Assembly (NCBI GenBank): GCA_963847185.1
Contig: CAWJYV010000010.1
Span: 544,001 to 608,000, forward strand
Direction: 5' to 3'
Source of the DNA: an uncultured Methanosarcinaceae archaeon
Lineage (GTDB): Archaea > Halobacteriota > Methanosarcinia > Methanosarcinales > Methanosarcinaceae
Length of the DNA stretch: 64,000 nt
Position numbers and translations under genes: made by a program. A model generated the notes under the pieces. It was not told the DNA's origin. It made no database searches and saw nothing but the letters and a program-made list of their open reading frames with translations. Of the stretch, positions 33,478 through 45,351 are shown piece by piece; position 1 is the stretch's first letter; every line of letters begins with the position of its first letter.

Positions 33478-34878
33478 TCATTTGCCTTTCATTGCGGCAA
33501 ATATACAAAAATCCTGGTACCATGAAGTAGACGGTTTTGTACTTTTGTCAGCAAACTTCGTTACCCCTTTTCCGAGATTGGAAGATGCAGAACAAGAATA
33601 ATCAGCAACTGGATTTTTTTCGAAGACAAGGCTGCCAAGGTCAGATTCATTCACTCCTCTTATGGTTCTCGTAAATCTGTATTCTCCTACCTGGTCCCCG
33701 ATATTAATGGTTTTGGCATTTACGTAATCAAGAAGCCAGATTCCGTCGATCCAAACAATCTTTTTTTCCGTACCTGCAAATAACTGTTTGACGTGGACTT
33801 TCATTACAACAATATTGTCTTCTCCCTGGACATTGTCAAGGGTAACTGTCCATGTGCTATTACTATCAGTATTAACCTGGATTTTCTTATCTGCTGCATG
33901 TTTTCCATTCCTTGTAAGTTCTAGCCAGACTTTCTCATCGTCAATATCAATCTGCTTGACCTTGAGGGCATAGCCTTGGCCAAGATCCATTTTTTCGCAG
34001 ACTTCGAGGGTATATGTCTCATTACTGTCAAGAACGAGCTTGGCGAGCTTGTTAACATGAGAATTCCATATATTCTCGTTAGCATTGAACAGTGGAACAT
34101 ATTTGTCTCCAAATAAATCGATTACTGGATATTGTTCATTGGACCAGCCGTCATATTCATATTTGGCGCCATCAACTTTACAGACTACAGAAAATTTCGT
34201 CTCATTTTCGAAAATAAGACTTCCAAGGTTAGATTCATCCACTCCGCTTATGATCTTTTGAAGTGTAAACTCTCCAATTTTATCTCCTATATTGAGGGTT
34301 GTGGAATTTGCATAGTCAATAAGCCAGATTCCATCGATCCGAACAATGTTGTCTTCTACACCTGCGAACAATTGGTTGACATAAACTTTCATGATAACAA
34401 CATTGTTTTCGCCCTGAATATTGTCAAGGGTGACATTCCATGTCTTGTTATTCTCGCCAGTATTAACTGAGATATTTTGATCCGCTACATATTTTCCATC
34501 TTTAGTGAATTCTAGCCAAACCTTCTCACTATCAATGTCGATCTGCTTGACTTCGAGAGCATATCCATTGCCGAGATCGAGTTTTTCATCATTTTTGAGG
34601 GTATATGTTTCATTACTGTCAAGAATTAACCTTGCAAGCTTGTTTGTGTGAGAATTCCATATATTTTCACTAGCATTGAACAGCGGAACATTCTTTTCTC
34701 CAAATAAATCGATCACCGGATATTGCTCATCAGACCAGCTCTCGCATTCATAATTGGTGCCTGCAACATTACAGGTACTGTTATTATTGCTAGCACTGTC
34801 TGCTGCACTTGCAGCGGTTGCTGCAAATACAACTAAGACAATAAAAGCAGCCAGTGAAATTGCTGTATACTTATTCAT
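33478..34878 (-). CDS. Secreted S-layer-domain protein (two internal repeats)
   Basis: Signal peptide; duplicated WS.EQYPVIDLFG...KLA.L.LDSNETYTL...VKQIDID.EKVWLE domains. Confidence 0.85.
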   Translation of the reverse strand: MNKYTAISLAAFIVLVVFAATAASAADSASNNNSTCNVAGTNYECESWSDEQYPVIDLFGEKNVPLFNASENIWNSHTNKLARLILDSNETYTLKNDEKLDLGNGYALEVKQIDIDSEKVWLEFTKDGKYVADQNISVNTGENNKTWNVTLDNIQGENNVVIMKVYVNQLFAGVEDNIVRIDGIWLIDYANSTTLNIGDKIGEFTLQKIISGVDESNLGSLIFENETKFSVVCKVDGAKYEYDGWSNEQYPVIDLFGDKYVPLFNANENIWNSHVNKLAKLVLDSNETYTLEVCEKMDLGQGYALKVKQIDIDDEKVWLELTRNGKHAADKKIQVNTDSNSTWTVTLDNVQGEDNIVVMKVHVKQLFAGTEKKIVWIDGIWLLDYVNAKTINIGDQVGEYRFTRTIRGVNESDLGSLVFEKNPVADYSCSASSNLGKGVTKFADKSTKPSTSWYQDFCIFAAMKGK

Positions 34879-35087
34879 TTTGTTGTTTCCTCCTTACTTT
34901 TGTTGGTATTTTTTCTAAACACTTCACTCTTTTTTGGGATATTGAAAAATCTAGCATAGCTTCCGCTAACAGTTGACCACTATCGATCAAAAATCTGGAA
35001 AATGTAAAGGCTCTTTCCAGGCTCCCAAATGTTCGCAATTATTGCTAGACTAATAAAAACGTGAATTTTGCAGTCCAAACGGACTAT

Positions 35088-36453
35088 TTAAGAAGGGGCA
35101 GAGGCATTTCCTGTCTCGCCTCCCTTAAGTTTCTTCAGTGAATCCTCTGCAGCAGTCCTTACAAATCGATACTCGTCCATGTCCGTGATGATCCGGCTCA
35201 AGCCTTCTATAGCCTGCTGTCCTCCAAGTTCCCCCAGAGCCAGAACTTCCGATTGCCTTACATCCCTTTCCCTTTCGGTCTCAAGAGCCTTAAGGAGAGG
35301 TTCTACAGCTTTTCTGTCTCCAAGTTTTCCAAGACCGTCTGCAGCACTTTTCCTTACTCTGTAATTTTCGTCTCCAAGTAAAGAAATTAAAGTGTCAATT
35401 GCTCGAGAGTCTCCTATCTCTACCAGGGAATTCGCAATATTTTCTCTTACTAACCAGTCTTCATTCTCAAGAGTGGCAATAAGGGAGTCCACGGCTTCAG
35501 GATCTCCAATGCTCCCCAGAGCTTCAATGGCAGCATTCTGGAGATTTTTGTTCTTAGCCTGGAGGAGCCCTTCAAGAGAAGGTATAGCTTCTTTACTTCC
35601 GATCCTTCCAAGAGAGCGTGCAGCAGCTTCCTGTACCTCGGATTTATCATCCCCAAGGGCATTAATCAGAGGCTGCTCTGTCTGGGCAATTTCCTCAGGT
35701 TCTTTAAATTGGCTCAGTGCTGAAGCAGCTTCCTTTCGCACCTCTGGAGATTTATCTTTCAGCAATTTAATTATAAAAGGAACACTAGCAGGGTCCCGGA
35801 TATATCTCAGGGCACAAATGCTGTTGATACGGATATCCGAATCCTTGCTGTCTAGCAGTCTGATGAGTTTTTCAACGGCTTTTTCATCCCCTAAGTTCCC
35901 AACAGCAATTGCTGCGGAATCTCCAAGTTCCCTCTCACCAAACAGCTCGATGAGAGGGTCAGCAGCTTTCGGGTCTCCTATTGCTCCTAAGGCAAATATG
36001 ACTTTATCGCGCACTTCATCATTATCGTGATCAAGAAGCTCAATAAGCGGATCTACGGCTTCCGCAGCTTTCAGCTCCCCGAGAGCCTCGGCTGAATTCA
36101 TACGGACTTCAGACTCAGGATCATTGAGGGTCTCTATAAGTGGTTTTGAAGCCCTTGGATCTCCTATCCTTCCAAGAGAAAAGGCGGCGATGCTACGTAC
36201 CTGTGGATCCTCGTCTTTTAAATCTCTTTATTAGAGAATCCACAGACGGTTCTCCTATCTCGATAAGCGCATAAGCTGAAGCATAAGCAATTTCCTGGTC
36301 TTCATCTCCGAGGTTTCGGACTAATTTGTCTATCCTGGATTCGAGAGGGTCCTGACCAAGACAACCAGCACAGATTCCGGAAACAAAAAGCAAGAGAAGT
36401 AAAATTTTTGTATACTTACAGCTGGTAAGTTCATCTCGCTTTATCATATGCAT
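35088..36453 (-). CDS. Putative lipoprotein with HEAT (PBS-lyase-like) repeats; frameshift near 36220
   Basis: ATG overlaps the upstream TGA; signal peptide with CAGCLG; repeated AAxALGxIGD.AVxPLI units. Confidence 0.8.
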
Positions 36454-37307
36454 CACCTGTTCACCTGCTTGGGAGGAATCAGCAATTCGGTAGAAGCTAC
36501 TCGATCCTGCCATCTGGCCGTTACATTAACTTTGAAGTGGTCTTCGCCTTCTCCAATTACAACATTCTTGACAGGCATATAGGACTCTCTTAATGGCGTT
36601 CCACGCGCAATTTCTATCATTGCATAGGGATAATCTGGCCATGTCCAGAGAGGAGTCTTATCATATTCTCCCACATCATAAAGCTCGGAAGATGTAAACA
36701 CTATCTTCCCGGTTCTCTCGTCTGTCACTGTTAGGTTCGTGGATACGTTCTCTGCAAAGCCTGATTCTTTGTTGACGATGTAGCCATAGATTCTGTAAAT
36801 ATCTGAGGTATTTTTGCTTTCCATTTCATATTCCAGCTTCAGGCAGATATTTTCGGGAGTTTCAGGAAGGGGAACCTCTACAAGACATGTGCCTTCATCA
36901 AGAAGCCTGCTGCTCTCAACAACCTTTACTTTTACCGGATATTCCCCTGGGAGTGCATATCCAATCCATACGCTGACTGAATTGTTTCCGGGAAGAAGAT
37001 TAATCGGTTTCTCAAGCGAAACTGACTCTTCATTCCCTGGGGTGGAATTGTTTGAGATTATCAATCTTGACGTTGAGTAGCTCTTTCCGTTCTCATCCAC
37101 AAAAGCATTCTCTACTTCAATCCACACGTCCACAGCTTTTGAATCATTACTCTTAAGCACTATGTCCAGCTGTCCTGATTGCCCGAGCTCAATAGGGGGA
37201 GCACTCATATTAGCAATTTTCACATCAGCCCCGCTTCCATACCATAAGATTCCAAAAGCAAGGATCAGGAGGGCAACTGATATAGAGATTAGAGTAATTT
37301 TTTTCAT
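36453..37307 (-). CDS. Exported hypothetical protein
   Basis: N-terminal TM/signal sequence; beta-rich; translationally coupled to both neighbours. Confidence 0.75.
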   Translation of the reverse strand: MKKITLISISVALLILAFGILWYGSGADVKIANMSAPPIELGQSGQLDIVLKSNDSKAVDVWIEVENAFVDENGKSYSTSRLIISNNSTPGNEESVSLEKPINLLPGNNSVSVWIGYALPGEYPVKVKVVESSRLLDEGTCLVEVPLPETPENICLKLEYEMESKNTSDIYRIYGYIVNKESGFAENVSTNLTVTDERTGKIVFTSSELYDVGEYDKTPLWTWPDYPYAMIEIARGTPLRESYMPVKNVVIGEGEDHFKVNVTARWQDRVASTELLIPPKQVNR

Positions 37308-38011
37308 TTCATTTCCTCCTTTATCCCTGTGTTATTCTTAAGCTCATCAGCTATCGAAATGCAGTTGGTTAGTCCGTACTTTTTCTTTGTTATTATCCCT
37401 CTCTTTTCCAGGCTCATAAGAACCCTGGAAGCCTTGGCCTTGGAGAAATCAAGGGAATTGACGAGTTCATTCTGGAGAATTCTTCCTCCTCTTGATGCGA
37501 TTAGTTCAACAGCTTTTCTTTCGTCTCCTTCAAGCGCCCGCAAAAGGACATCCGTAGGGTCAATGTTAGCTCTGGCAGGCTTGAATTCTTCAACAGGGGC
37601 ATTTTCAAGGGAGACTTCCAAAATCTCCTCTGGAGCTTTCTCTGTGATAATATTGAGAGCTGTTACCTGTGCTGCCTGTCCTGTTCCTGGAAAAGCAGAG
37701 CCTTGGAGCCCCAGGAACGGTAGAACCTGAGCTAGCGCCAGGCCCCCTAAAAAACCGGAAAAAAGGAGAACATACGCTTCTTTTACAGTATAGACATAAG
37801 GGATATCCACAACCTTGAATGTGTCTCCTTCAAGCTGGATCACCACAGGCGAATCTTCAAGCAGAAGATTGATGGCTAAGGTGCTTGAAAGAAGCAGGAT
37901 ACCCACAGCAACTATGAATCTTTTCCGTTCCTGGGTCGTACTACCACCTTCATTTACTACCTCCACTATGTACGAAACAAATGTTATATTTTTACTATGA
38001 CCTGCCCTCAA
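37304..38011 (-). CDS. Membrane-anchored winged-HTH (MarR-like) regulator
   Basis: Two TM segments, then GGRILQNELV..LDFSKAKASRVL..LEKRGII.K.KYG.TN. Confidence 0.8.
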   Translation of the reverse strand: MRAGHSKNITFVSYIVEVVNEGGSTTQERKRFIVAVGILLLSSTLAINLLLEDSPVVIQLEGDTFKVVDIPYVYTVKEAYVLLFSGFLGGLALAQVLPFLGLQGSAFPGTGQAAQVTALNIITEKAPEEILEVSLENAPVEEFKPARANIDPTDVLLRALEGDERKAVELIASRGGRILQNELVNSLDFSKAKASRVLMSLEKRGIITKKKYGLTNCISIADELKNNTGIKEEMK

Positions 38012-38216
38012 GACGTCTCAAATATCTGAAACCAGTGGCGATGGATAGTGAAAAATAGTTCAAGCCAGTGTTTTGACAAACCAGATAGTTTGGCAAAGCT
38101 CGAGTAAATAACCTCAAAGAAGTTTCAAAGAAATAGTTGAAAAAAGTGACTTTTACAAGAAGTTCGACGATTAAAACTTAAAAAATAGAAGAAGGTAAAG
38201 GAGAAATTCCCTTACC

Positions 38217-39443
38217 TTAGATAGGAATAGATCTGCGTAGTTTCATCTCAGTTTCGCAGATTTCTCTTGTATCCCTTGCAATGGTAAGTTCTTCATTGGT
38301 TGGGATAACAAGGACCCTTATTTTCGAATCTGGAGTACTGATGTCGATTTCCTGGCCTCTGATTTTGTTCTTTTCCTCATCTATTTTTACGCCAAACTTA
38401 TCAAGGCCGGCAAGGATTCTTTTCCTGATGCTTGCGCTGTTTTCTCCGATGCCTGCGGTAAAGACTATCGCATCTGCACCATTAAGCACGGCTGAATACT
38501 CACCTATAACCTTCTTAATCTTATATGCGAAGACTTCAAGGGCAAGTTCGGCTCTCTCGTTTCCATGGGAGGCTGCCTCATCCAGGTCTCTGAAGTCGTT
38601 GCTGATTCCAGAGACTCCGAGCACCCCTGACTTCTTGTTCATAAGAGTGTCTACGTCCCTGCTTGACAGATGTTCTTTATCCATAATGTAGGGAACTACT
38701 GCAGGGTCAATAGAACCACATCTGGTTCCCATTGCAACTCCTTCAAGAGGGGTAAAGCCCATAGTGGTTTCAACGGATTTTCCGCCTTCAACAGCCGTAA
38801 TACTTGAACCGTTTCCAAGGTGACAGGTGATGACATTGGTTTCTTCTATGGGTTTTCCGAGCATAATAGCAGCTCTTTTGGAAACATAGAAGTGGGAGGT
38901 CCCGTGGAAGCCGTATTTCCTGATTCCATGTTTCTCGTATAGAGCATATGGTAGAGCATACATGTAGGCATATTTGGGTATTGTCTGGTGGAATGCTGTG
39001 TCAAATACAGCAACCATCGGTGTTCCAGGCATAATTTCAGCACATGCTTCAATACCCATCATGTTTGGAGGGTTGTGAAGAGGAGCCAGTTCAAAGCAGT
39101 CTTTAATCGCCTTTTCTACACTCTCATCAATTAAAGCCGACTTTGTGAACTTTTCTCCACCATGCACGACCCTGTGCCCGACCGCATTGATTTCTGTCAT
39201 ATCTTTAATGACACCAAATTCCGGGTCGGTGAGAGCCTTGACTACTTCCTCGAGAGCTGTCTTGTGAGTGGGCAGATCCGTCTGCTTTTCCAGCTTTTTA
39301 CCATCGAATCTCTTCTGGGTAATGATCGAATTGTCGATACCTATCCTCTCACAGAGACCTATTGCAAGGGGAGATTCATTACTCATGTCAATTAATTGGT
39401 ATTTGAGAGATGAACTTCCTGCGTTTATTACCAGTACTTTCAT
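38217..39443 (-). CDS. ackA: Acetate kinase
   Basis: [42 protein letters not shown] and IPTNEE motifs. Confidence 0.97.
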   Translation of the reverse strand: MKVLVINAGSSSLKYQLIDMSNESPLAIGLCERIGIDNSIITQKRFDGKKLEKQTDLPTHKTALEEVVKALTDPEFGVIKDMTEINAVGHRVVHGGEKFTKSALIDESVEKAIKDCFELAPLHNPPNMMGIEACAEIMPGTPMVAVFDTAFHQTIPKYAYMYALPYALYEKHGIRKYGFHGTSHFYVSKRAAIMLGKPIEETNVITCHLGNGSSITAVEGGKSVETTMGFTPLEGVAMGTRCGSIDPAVVPYIMDKEHLSSRDVDTLMNKKSGVLGVSGISNDFRDLDEAASHGNERAELALEVFAYKIKKVIGEYSAVLNGADAIVFTAGIGENSASIRKRILAGLDKFGVKIDEEKNKIRGQEIDISTPDSKIRVLVIPTNEELTIARDTREICETEMKLRRSIPI

Positions 39444-39560
39444 GCGTAAACCCCATTCATACATTGTTTTTTTTTACATCGATATTTATAGTAGAATAAT
39501 TATGTATGAAAGTTAATAAAAAGCTTCCTAAAATGTTCTCAAATATTGGAATGTTTACAA

Positions 39561-40565
<1,005 letters not shown>

Positions 40566-40801
40566 TCAACCAACCTCCGATATAATTAGAGTAACTTAAA
40601 TTAGCTGGCTCTTGATATATAAATTTACGTAAAATGCATAGAGATATATATAAATGTATAAAATATATATTTCTCCTGCTTAATATCCACACCAATTTCT
40701 TTTAGTACTACGAAAATATGATATGTTTTGCGGCAGACATTGTCATACTTGAAGTAATGTTACTGAACATAGATGACAAATTGATATAAAAGAATTCCGG
40801 A

Positions 40802-41377
40802 ATGAACATAATGAAGATACTAGGAATTTCAGGCAGCCCGCGAAAGGGCCAGAACTGCGAAAAAATGATCGGATCAGTCCTTGAAGTTGCGAAAGAAAGG
40901 GGATTTGAAACAGATAAAGTTCTTCTCTCCGCTTCAGAAGTTGGCCCCTGCAAAGCCTGCGGAGCTTGCAGAGAAAAAGACTTCTGCGTAATTGAAGACA
41001 GCATGGAAGAAATTTATGAAAAAATGAGAAATTCAGACGGCATAATCGTGGCAGCACCTGTATATATGGGAAATTATCCTGCGCAGCTTAAAGCTCTTTT
41101 TGACCGGAGTGTGCTTCTCCGCCGCAAAGATTTTGCACTCAAAAACAAAGTAGGAGCAGCTCTTTCTATTGGAGGTTCGAGAAACGGGGGGCAGGAAAAG
41201 ACCATACAATCCATTCACGACTGGATGCATATTCACGGGATGATTATTGTTGGAGACAACGCTCACTTCGGCGGAATTACCTGGAATCCCGTAGAAGAAG
41301 ATTCAATTGGAATGGAAACAGTTATCGAGACTGCAAAAAAGATGTGCGATGTCCTTGAGCTTATAGGAAGAAAATGA
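40802..41377 (+). CDS. isf: Iron-sulfur flavoprotein (Isf-like flavodoxin family)
   Basis: GSPRK, CKACGAC....C, PVY.G and RNGGQE motifs; divergent from pta. Confidence 0.85.
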   Translation: MNIMKILGISGSPRKGQNCEKMIGSVLEVAKERGFETDKVLLSASEVGPCKACGACREKDFCVIEDSMEEIYEKMRNSDGIIVAAPVYMGNYPAQLKALFDRSVLLRRKDFALKNKVGAALSIGGSRNGGQEKTIQSIHDWMHIHGMIIVGDNAHFGGITWNPVEEDSIGMETVIETAKKMCDVLELIGRK

Positions 41378-41439
41378 GGCGCCTGAAACGGGTAATATCC
41401 CTAATTTGACAGATTCTGCTAATTAATACAGTATTTTCT

Positions 41440-41681
41440 TAGAAGCTGTCTTAAAATTCAAACCATTTCTACATTTGGATAATAGGCATCGTTGATTTTA
41501 AACTTAGACCGTAAATTTATTACATCGGACTTGATCGCTCAAGTATAAAACCAAACACATTAGGCGTTATGGTTAAAATTCACATTTTAGATATTTAACA
41601 GTTTAATGCTACCGTTTTTCAGTTCAAATGGATAAGTCCGATCCAATTGTAGAATCAAATTTAATTTTAAGACACGCTCTA
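41440..41681. mobile_element. Non-autonomous MITE-like element (~240 bp)
   Basis: Imperfect ~40-bp terminal inverted repeats: left tagaagctgtcttaaaattcaaaaccatttctacatttggat; right (reverse complement) tagagcgtgtcttaaaattaaatttgattctacaattggat. No ORF inside. Confidence 0.7.
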
Positions 41682-41715
41682 AGAGGGTCACTGACTTCAA
41701 ACCGCTTGACTGTTT

Positions 41716-41832
41716 TTATGTTACGGTTACAAGTAAACCCCACATTGTATGATTACCAAATACTATGGCAAGAGCCATAATAATGAAAATGAAAATGACA
41801 AAAATTGCTTCGTTTGAAATGCTTTCGGTCAT
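41716..41832 (-). CDS. 38-aa small membrane peptide (not in ORF track)
   Basis: GGGAGA RBS; MTESISNEAIFVIFIFIIMALAIVFGNHTMWGLLVTVT*. Confidence 0.45.
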   Translation of the reverse strand: MTESISNEAIFVIFIFIIMALAIVFGNHTMWGLLVTVT

Positions 41833-42285
41833 GATATCTCCCTGTTGAAAGAGAAGTCACTGGCTTATTAAACCCAATAAATCGCCCACATTAAAAAACA
41901 AAATACGACGACATAATATACCAATTCTTCTGGTGTCACTTTATCTTCTCTTTAAGTCTTTCCGTAATAGCCATCGCGGCTGGCGTTTGCCTGTTAAGCA
42001 GTCCATTAATTGTCCAGTCGGAATTTAAAGGGCGCGAATTAGCCCATTTATTTTTATTATGTAATGCAAATAGGTCAAAACATTGTTACTGAACTACCAC
42101 GGGCTTTTAATGCGATCATGTCGGAAAATAAATTAGCCGGAAGCCTGCCCCGCGAAATATTAAGTTTTTTAATTAGTGGCTGTCCTTGAATGTAGGAGTC
42201 TGGATGGAAAAAATGGTTTATAGATGAAAATCCAGAGTTTATAGAAACATTGCATCAATGGGGTCAAAAACAGTAATGGGAGTGG

Positions 42286-42813
42286 GTGAAAATGGAGAAA
42301 TTTTCAATCTTAGCTTTGCTTTTATGTCTAACATCGTTAACAGGGGTAACTGACGCCGCTACAGTAACGGTTACGCCATCATTTCGTTACAACTGTTGTG
42401 GTGCTGACGGGCACCGGATTATTATGGTCAATTACAACAATGCAACGAATCCTTCGTACAGTGACCTCGTTGCTGCAGTAAAAGCTGATAACACAGACGC
42501 TCACATATACGGAATTAATACGTACAAATGTACTGATTACGCTGAAGAAATACACAATAACCTTGAAAAGAGAGGGATGAGATGCGGTATTGCAAGTGTA
42601 CAGTTTAATACAGGGAAAGGTCATGCTGTGAACGTCGTAAATACTACGGATAAAGGCAATGTGTATGTCGATTGTAGTGGAACAGAAGGAAACCCTGGAA
42701 TGGATACGATTGCAACAATAGAAGTCGGGAAGAAGTATACTATCACGCCAATTGACAACTCAGATTCAATTGTGAGAAATAGAATTGTTAAAAGTGTAAG
42801 AGTGTATTGGTGA
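42286..42813 (+). CDS. Secreted transglutaminase/papain-like cysteine protease domain protein
   Basis: Signal peptide; YKCTDYA, GHAVN and YVD fit a Cys-His-Asp triad. Confidence 0.65.
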   Translation: MKMEKFSILALLLCLTSLTGVTDAATVTVTPSFRYNCCGADGHRIIMVNYNNATNPSYSDLVAAVKADNTDAHIYGINTYKCTDYAEEIHNNLEKRGMRCGIASVQFNTGKGHAVNVVNTTDKGNVYVDCSGTEGNPGMDTIATIEVGKKYTITPIDNSDSIVRNRIVKSVRVYW

Positions 42814-42976
42814 GGTAATTGATTCAGTGACCATTCTAAATAGGGTGTTAAAACGGCATCATCAAAAGCAATTCAAGAAATGATATATAATGCATTGGAA
42901 GGAACCGAGATTGGAAGATTAAGAGACCTTCACGGTAACACGGATTATGCTCTGATTGACAGAGAAAAATAATCGA

Positions 42977-43231
42977 ATGTCTTATCGAGCAGGATGCATC
43001 AAACTCTTTGACCCATCAAACAATCTAGTCTTGTCTAAGTCCTGCCAAAATATTCAATTGTGCCTCTGGTTTTCGATTCGTGCAAATCCTCAAGTTGCGC
43101 GTGTGGAGCTCAATTTATCTACTTCTTCAAAAACAGTCTTACATTAAAATCTCTTTTTGAAACAGCCCAAGGATATTGATTCCTTCATGATACAAATCCT
43201 TGCTAAGTATGGGAAAGGCTCCAAGTTTTGT
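42977..43231 (+). pseudogene. Decayed small gene (in-frame TAA at 43145), homolog of 46575..46833
   Basis: RAGCIKLFD..NNLVLSKSCQN..CLW, then KTVLH*NLFLKQPKDIDSF..KYG in one frame. Confidence 0.55.
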
Positions 43232-43288
43232 GTGATTTATGCAGACAACTCTAACGAAAACATTGACTCTGAAATCGCTTTTAATCGT

Positions 43289-43447
43289 TTACTCTTTCTC
43301 CGTAGGCATTTGTTTAACGATTTCGAGAATTTCCCGGCAAACCTTAACTTCCGCCTCTGCCTCAGCCAAGTGTTTTTCTGCATTGATTAAGTTGTGTTCA
43401 TAAGTGATTAGTAAATTAGCTCTTCTGGATTCAGTTAGTAATTCCAT
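43289..43447 (-). CDS. 52-aa coiled-coil small protein (not in ORF track)
   Basis: AGGTGG RBS; MELLTESRRANLLITYEHNLINAEKHLAEAEAEVKVCREILEIVKQMPTEKE*. Confidence 0.55.
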   Translation of the reverse strand: MELLTESRRANLLITYEHNLINAEKHLAEAEAEVKVCREILEIVKQMPTEKE

Positions 43448-44253
43448 TTCATACCACCTAACAGAATTAAGACTGGACTGAACTTATATTGAGCGAACCA
43501 CGACAATAATATTGACAGGGTTATAGGAACAAAGCAATAGAACGGACGCTGTGACGAGCTTATAATGTGATCAAGCTGGAAACAGTGACCACTACGAAAG
43601 AAGGTCACTGGAAAAAAGTATTATTGAAACATATCCTTGTTTATCCCCAATTTGCCTTGTTAAGCTTTCAACAGCGATCTGTTGAACAAGGTCACTGAAG
43701 AATTCGAATGTTAACTATGTTCTTTCTACCCCTTACTTCTGTTATATTACTATCACTTCCAATAAAGAAAGTTCCAGTTTATACAGGTTTAAAAAGAGTA
43801 CCTTTTCGACCCAGATGATGGTTCTCCTGAATCAAGTGTTAAATGTTCTACATTCATTCGTTGTACCCCATCATCAAAATTCCAATGTCTTTTTCGATCT
43901 GATTACTTGACCGAACACTGGTTACAAAAACCCCATCGACAAACATTTGGGTAATGCCGTTTTTCGATTCAAAATCGAATATGTTACCGAACATTATATG
44001 TTTGTACATTTAGTTACTCTCACCCTGGATTTGACTATATGCTCACTGAATGTATCACTAATTCAGATCGAGTATCTCTATCCGTTTACACCTTTCTTCA
44101 ATAATGTACTCATTTGTAAGTATAAGCTACGAATTGAATCATTATTTTTACTCAGTAATGTATATGTGGATGTCATAGATTCAAAGCCTATTGAGTCAGT
44201 AACTTTCTGCAAACGTGTCGAACGTGGTCGCTGACTCCTGACCGCTCATTATA

Positions 44254-44433
44254 TCAATGACCCTCTTGAGATCCACTTTTTTGAATTGCAACATCTGCCG
44301 GACTTTTCATATTCGACAGAAACTCGATTAAATAATTGAGAAATTCTATTTCCACGTCTGCTCTTGATTTCAAAAATTCTGCGCTCCTTAGTCTTTCATT
44401 GTAATCAGCTGGTATTTCTCTTTTCATATCCAT
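44254..44433 (-). CDS. Possible 59-aa small protein or fragment
   Basis: MDMKREIPADYNERLRSAEFLKSRADVEIEFLNYLIEFLSNMKSPADVAIQKSGSQEGH*; lies between two palindromes; no clear RBS. Confidence 0.3.
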   Translation of the reverse strand: MDMKREIPADYNERLRSAEFLKSRADVEIEFLNYLIEFLSNMKSPADVAIQKSGSQEGH

Positions 44434-44889
44434 ATATCGTCTGATTAAAAATAGTCAAATTGGAATATATAGAAAGCTCACAGGGACAATTATTTTAATT
44501 CAGTGATAAGAACAGTAGAGAACTATGTTACTGAACTAATGTAGAATTTCTAATTTAACCACATGGAAAAATAGACTGAATGTGGAAATTGTCCTACTCA
44601 TTATAATTTTAAAAGAATAAATCGATAAACGCTTTTATAATCTCCAGACACGCTTTTAGTATGTTTTATGAGTATTCGAGGTTGCTTTTCTTTCTGCCGT
44701 TTGTCGCACTATTTCTTTTCCTTGCCATCTTATTTGTGATGGCAATGAGGTTATGAATGTTAACTTTTTCTTGCTTTTCAGTGACCTTCCTGAATCGATA
44801 AAGGTTACTGACAAAAAAGCAGAGAACTATGTTTCTGAATAAAAAGAGTAATAAGGAACGTGGAGGGAGGGGAGGTGGTTATCCCCAAG

Positions 44890-45273
44890 TTACCTTCTGT
44901 TTCCGTGGTACTTGTTATAATCGCTGTACCATTTTCCATAATTTTTGTTCCATTTCCCGTAATTGTTGTTCCACTTCTTATAATTGTTTAACCATTTCAT
45001 ATACAGGCTGTACCAGTTGTTGTACTCTTTGCCATGCTTCTTCTCTCTGTCCCACTTTTTCTTCTCCCCTTCCCACTTTTTCTTCTCTCCGTCCCATTTT
45101 TTATTCTCATTTCCCCACTTTTTCTTCTCCCCATCCCATTTTTGTTTCTCGTTTCCCCACTGGCTCTCACCTTTCTGAGGTGCAGCATTTACTGATGCAA
45201 CTGTCACTGACAGCACAAAACAAATTGCAAGCAAAATACCCATTATTTTTTTTATTTTCAGCATATTTGCCAC
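44890..45273 (-). CDS. Secreted Trp/Lys heptad-repeat protein
   Basis: AGGA RBS plus GTG; signal peptide; (GEKKKWD)-like 7-aa repeats followed by W/Y-periodic repeats. Confidence 0.8.
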   Translation of the reverse strand: MANMLKIKKIMGILLAICFVLSVTVASVNAAPQKGESQWGNEKQKWDGEKKKWGNENKKWDGEKKKWEGEKKKWDREKKHGKEYNNWYSLYMKWLNNYKKWNNNYGKWNKNYGKWYSDYNKYHGNRR

Positions 45274-45313
45274 TCCTAAAATTTGTTAACCCCATTATTA
45301 ATACTAATATTCA

Positions 45314-45351
45314 GGTTAATCTGGATTAATCTGAATTTATCCAGATTAACC
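45314..45351. promoter_or_regulatory. 13-bp perfect inverted repeat upstream of the Trp-repeat gene
   Basis: ggttaatctggat-N12-atccagattaacc. Confidence 0.45.

Noticed and set aside
36193-36195. TAG in the HEAT lipoprotein gene as a pyrrolysine codon
   Set aside because: The frame is already lost upstream; the HEAT sequence KDEDPQVRSIAA continues in a different frame.
43947-44234. 95-aa ORF-track call
   Set aside because: No RBS or motif and atypical composition; it overlaps a palindrome, so it is probably spurious.
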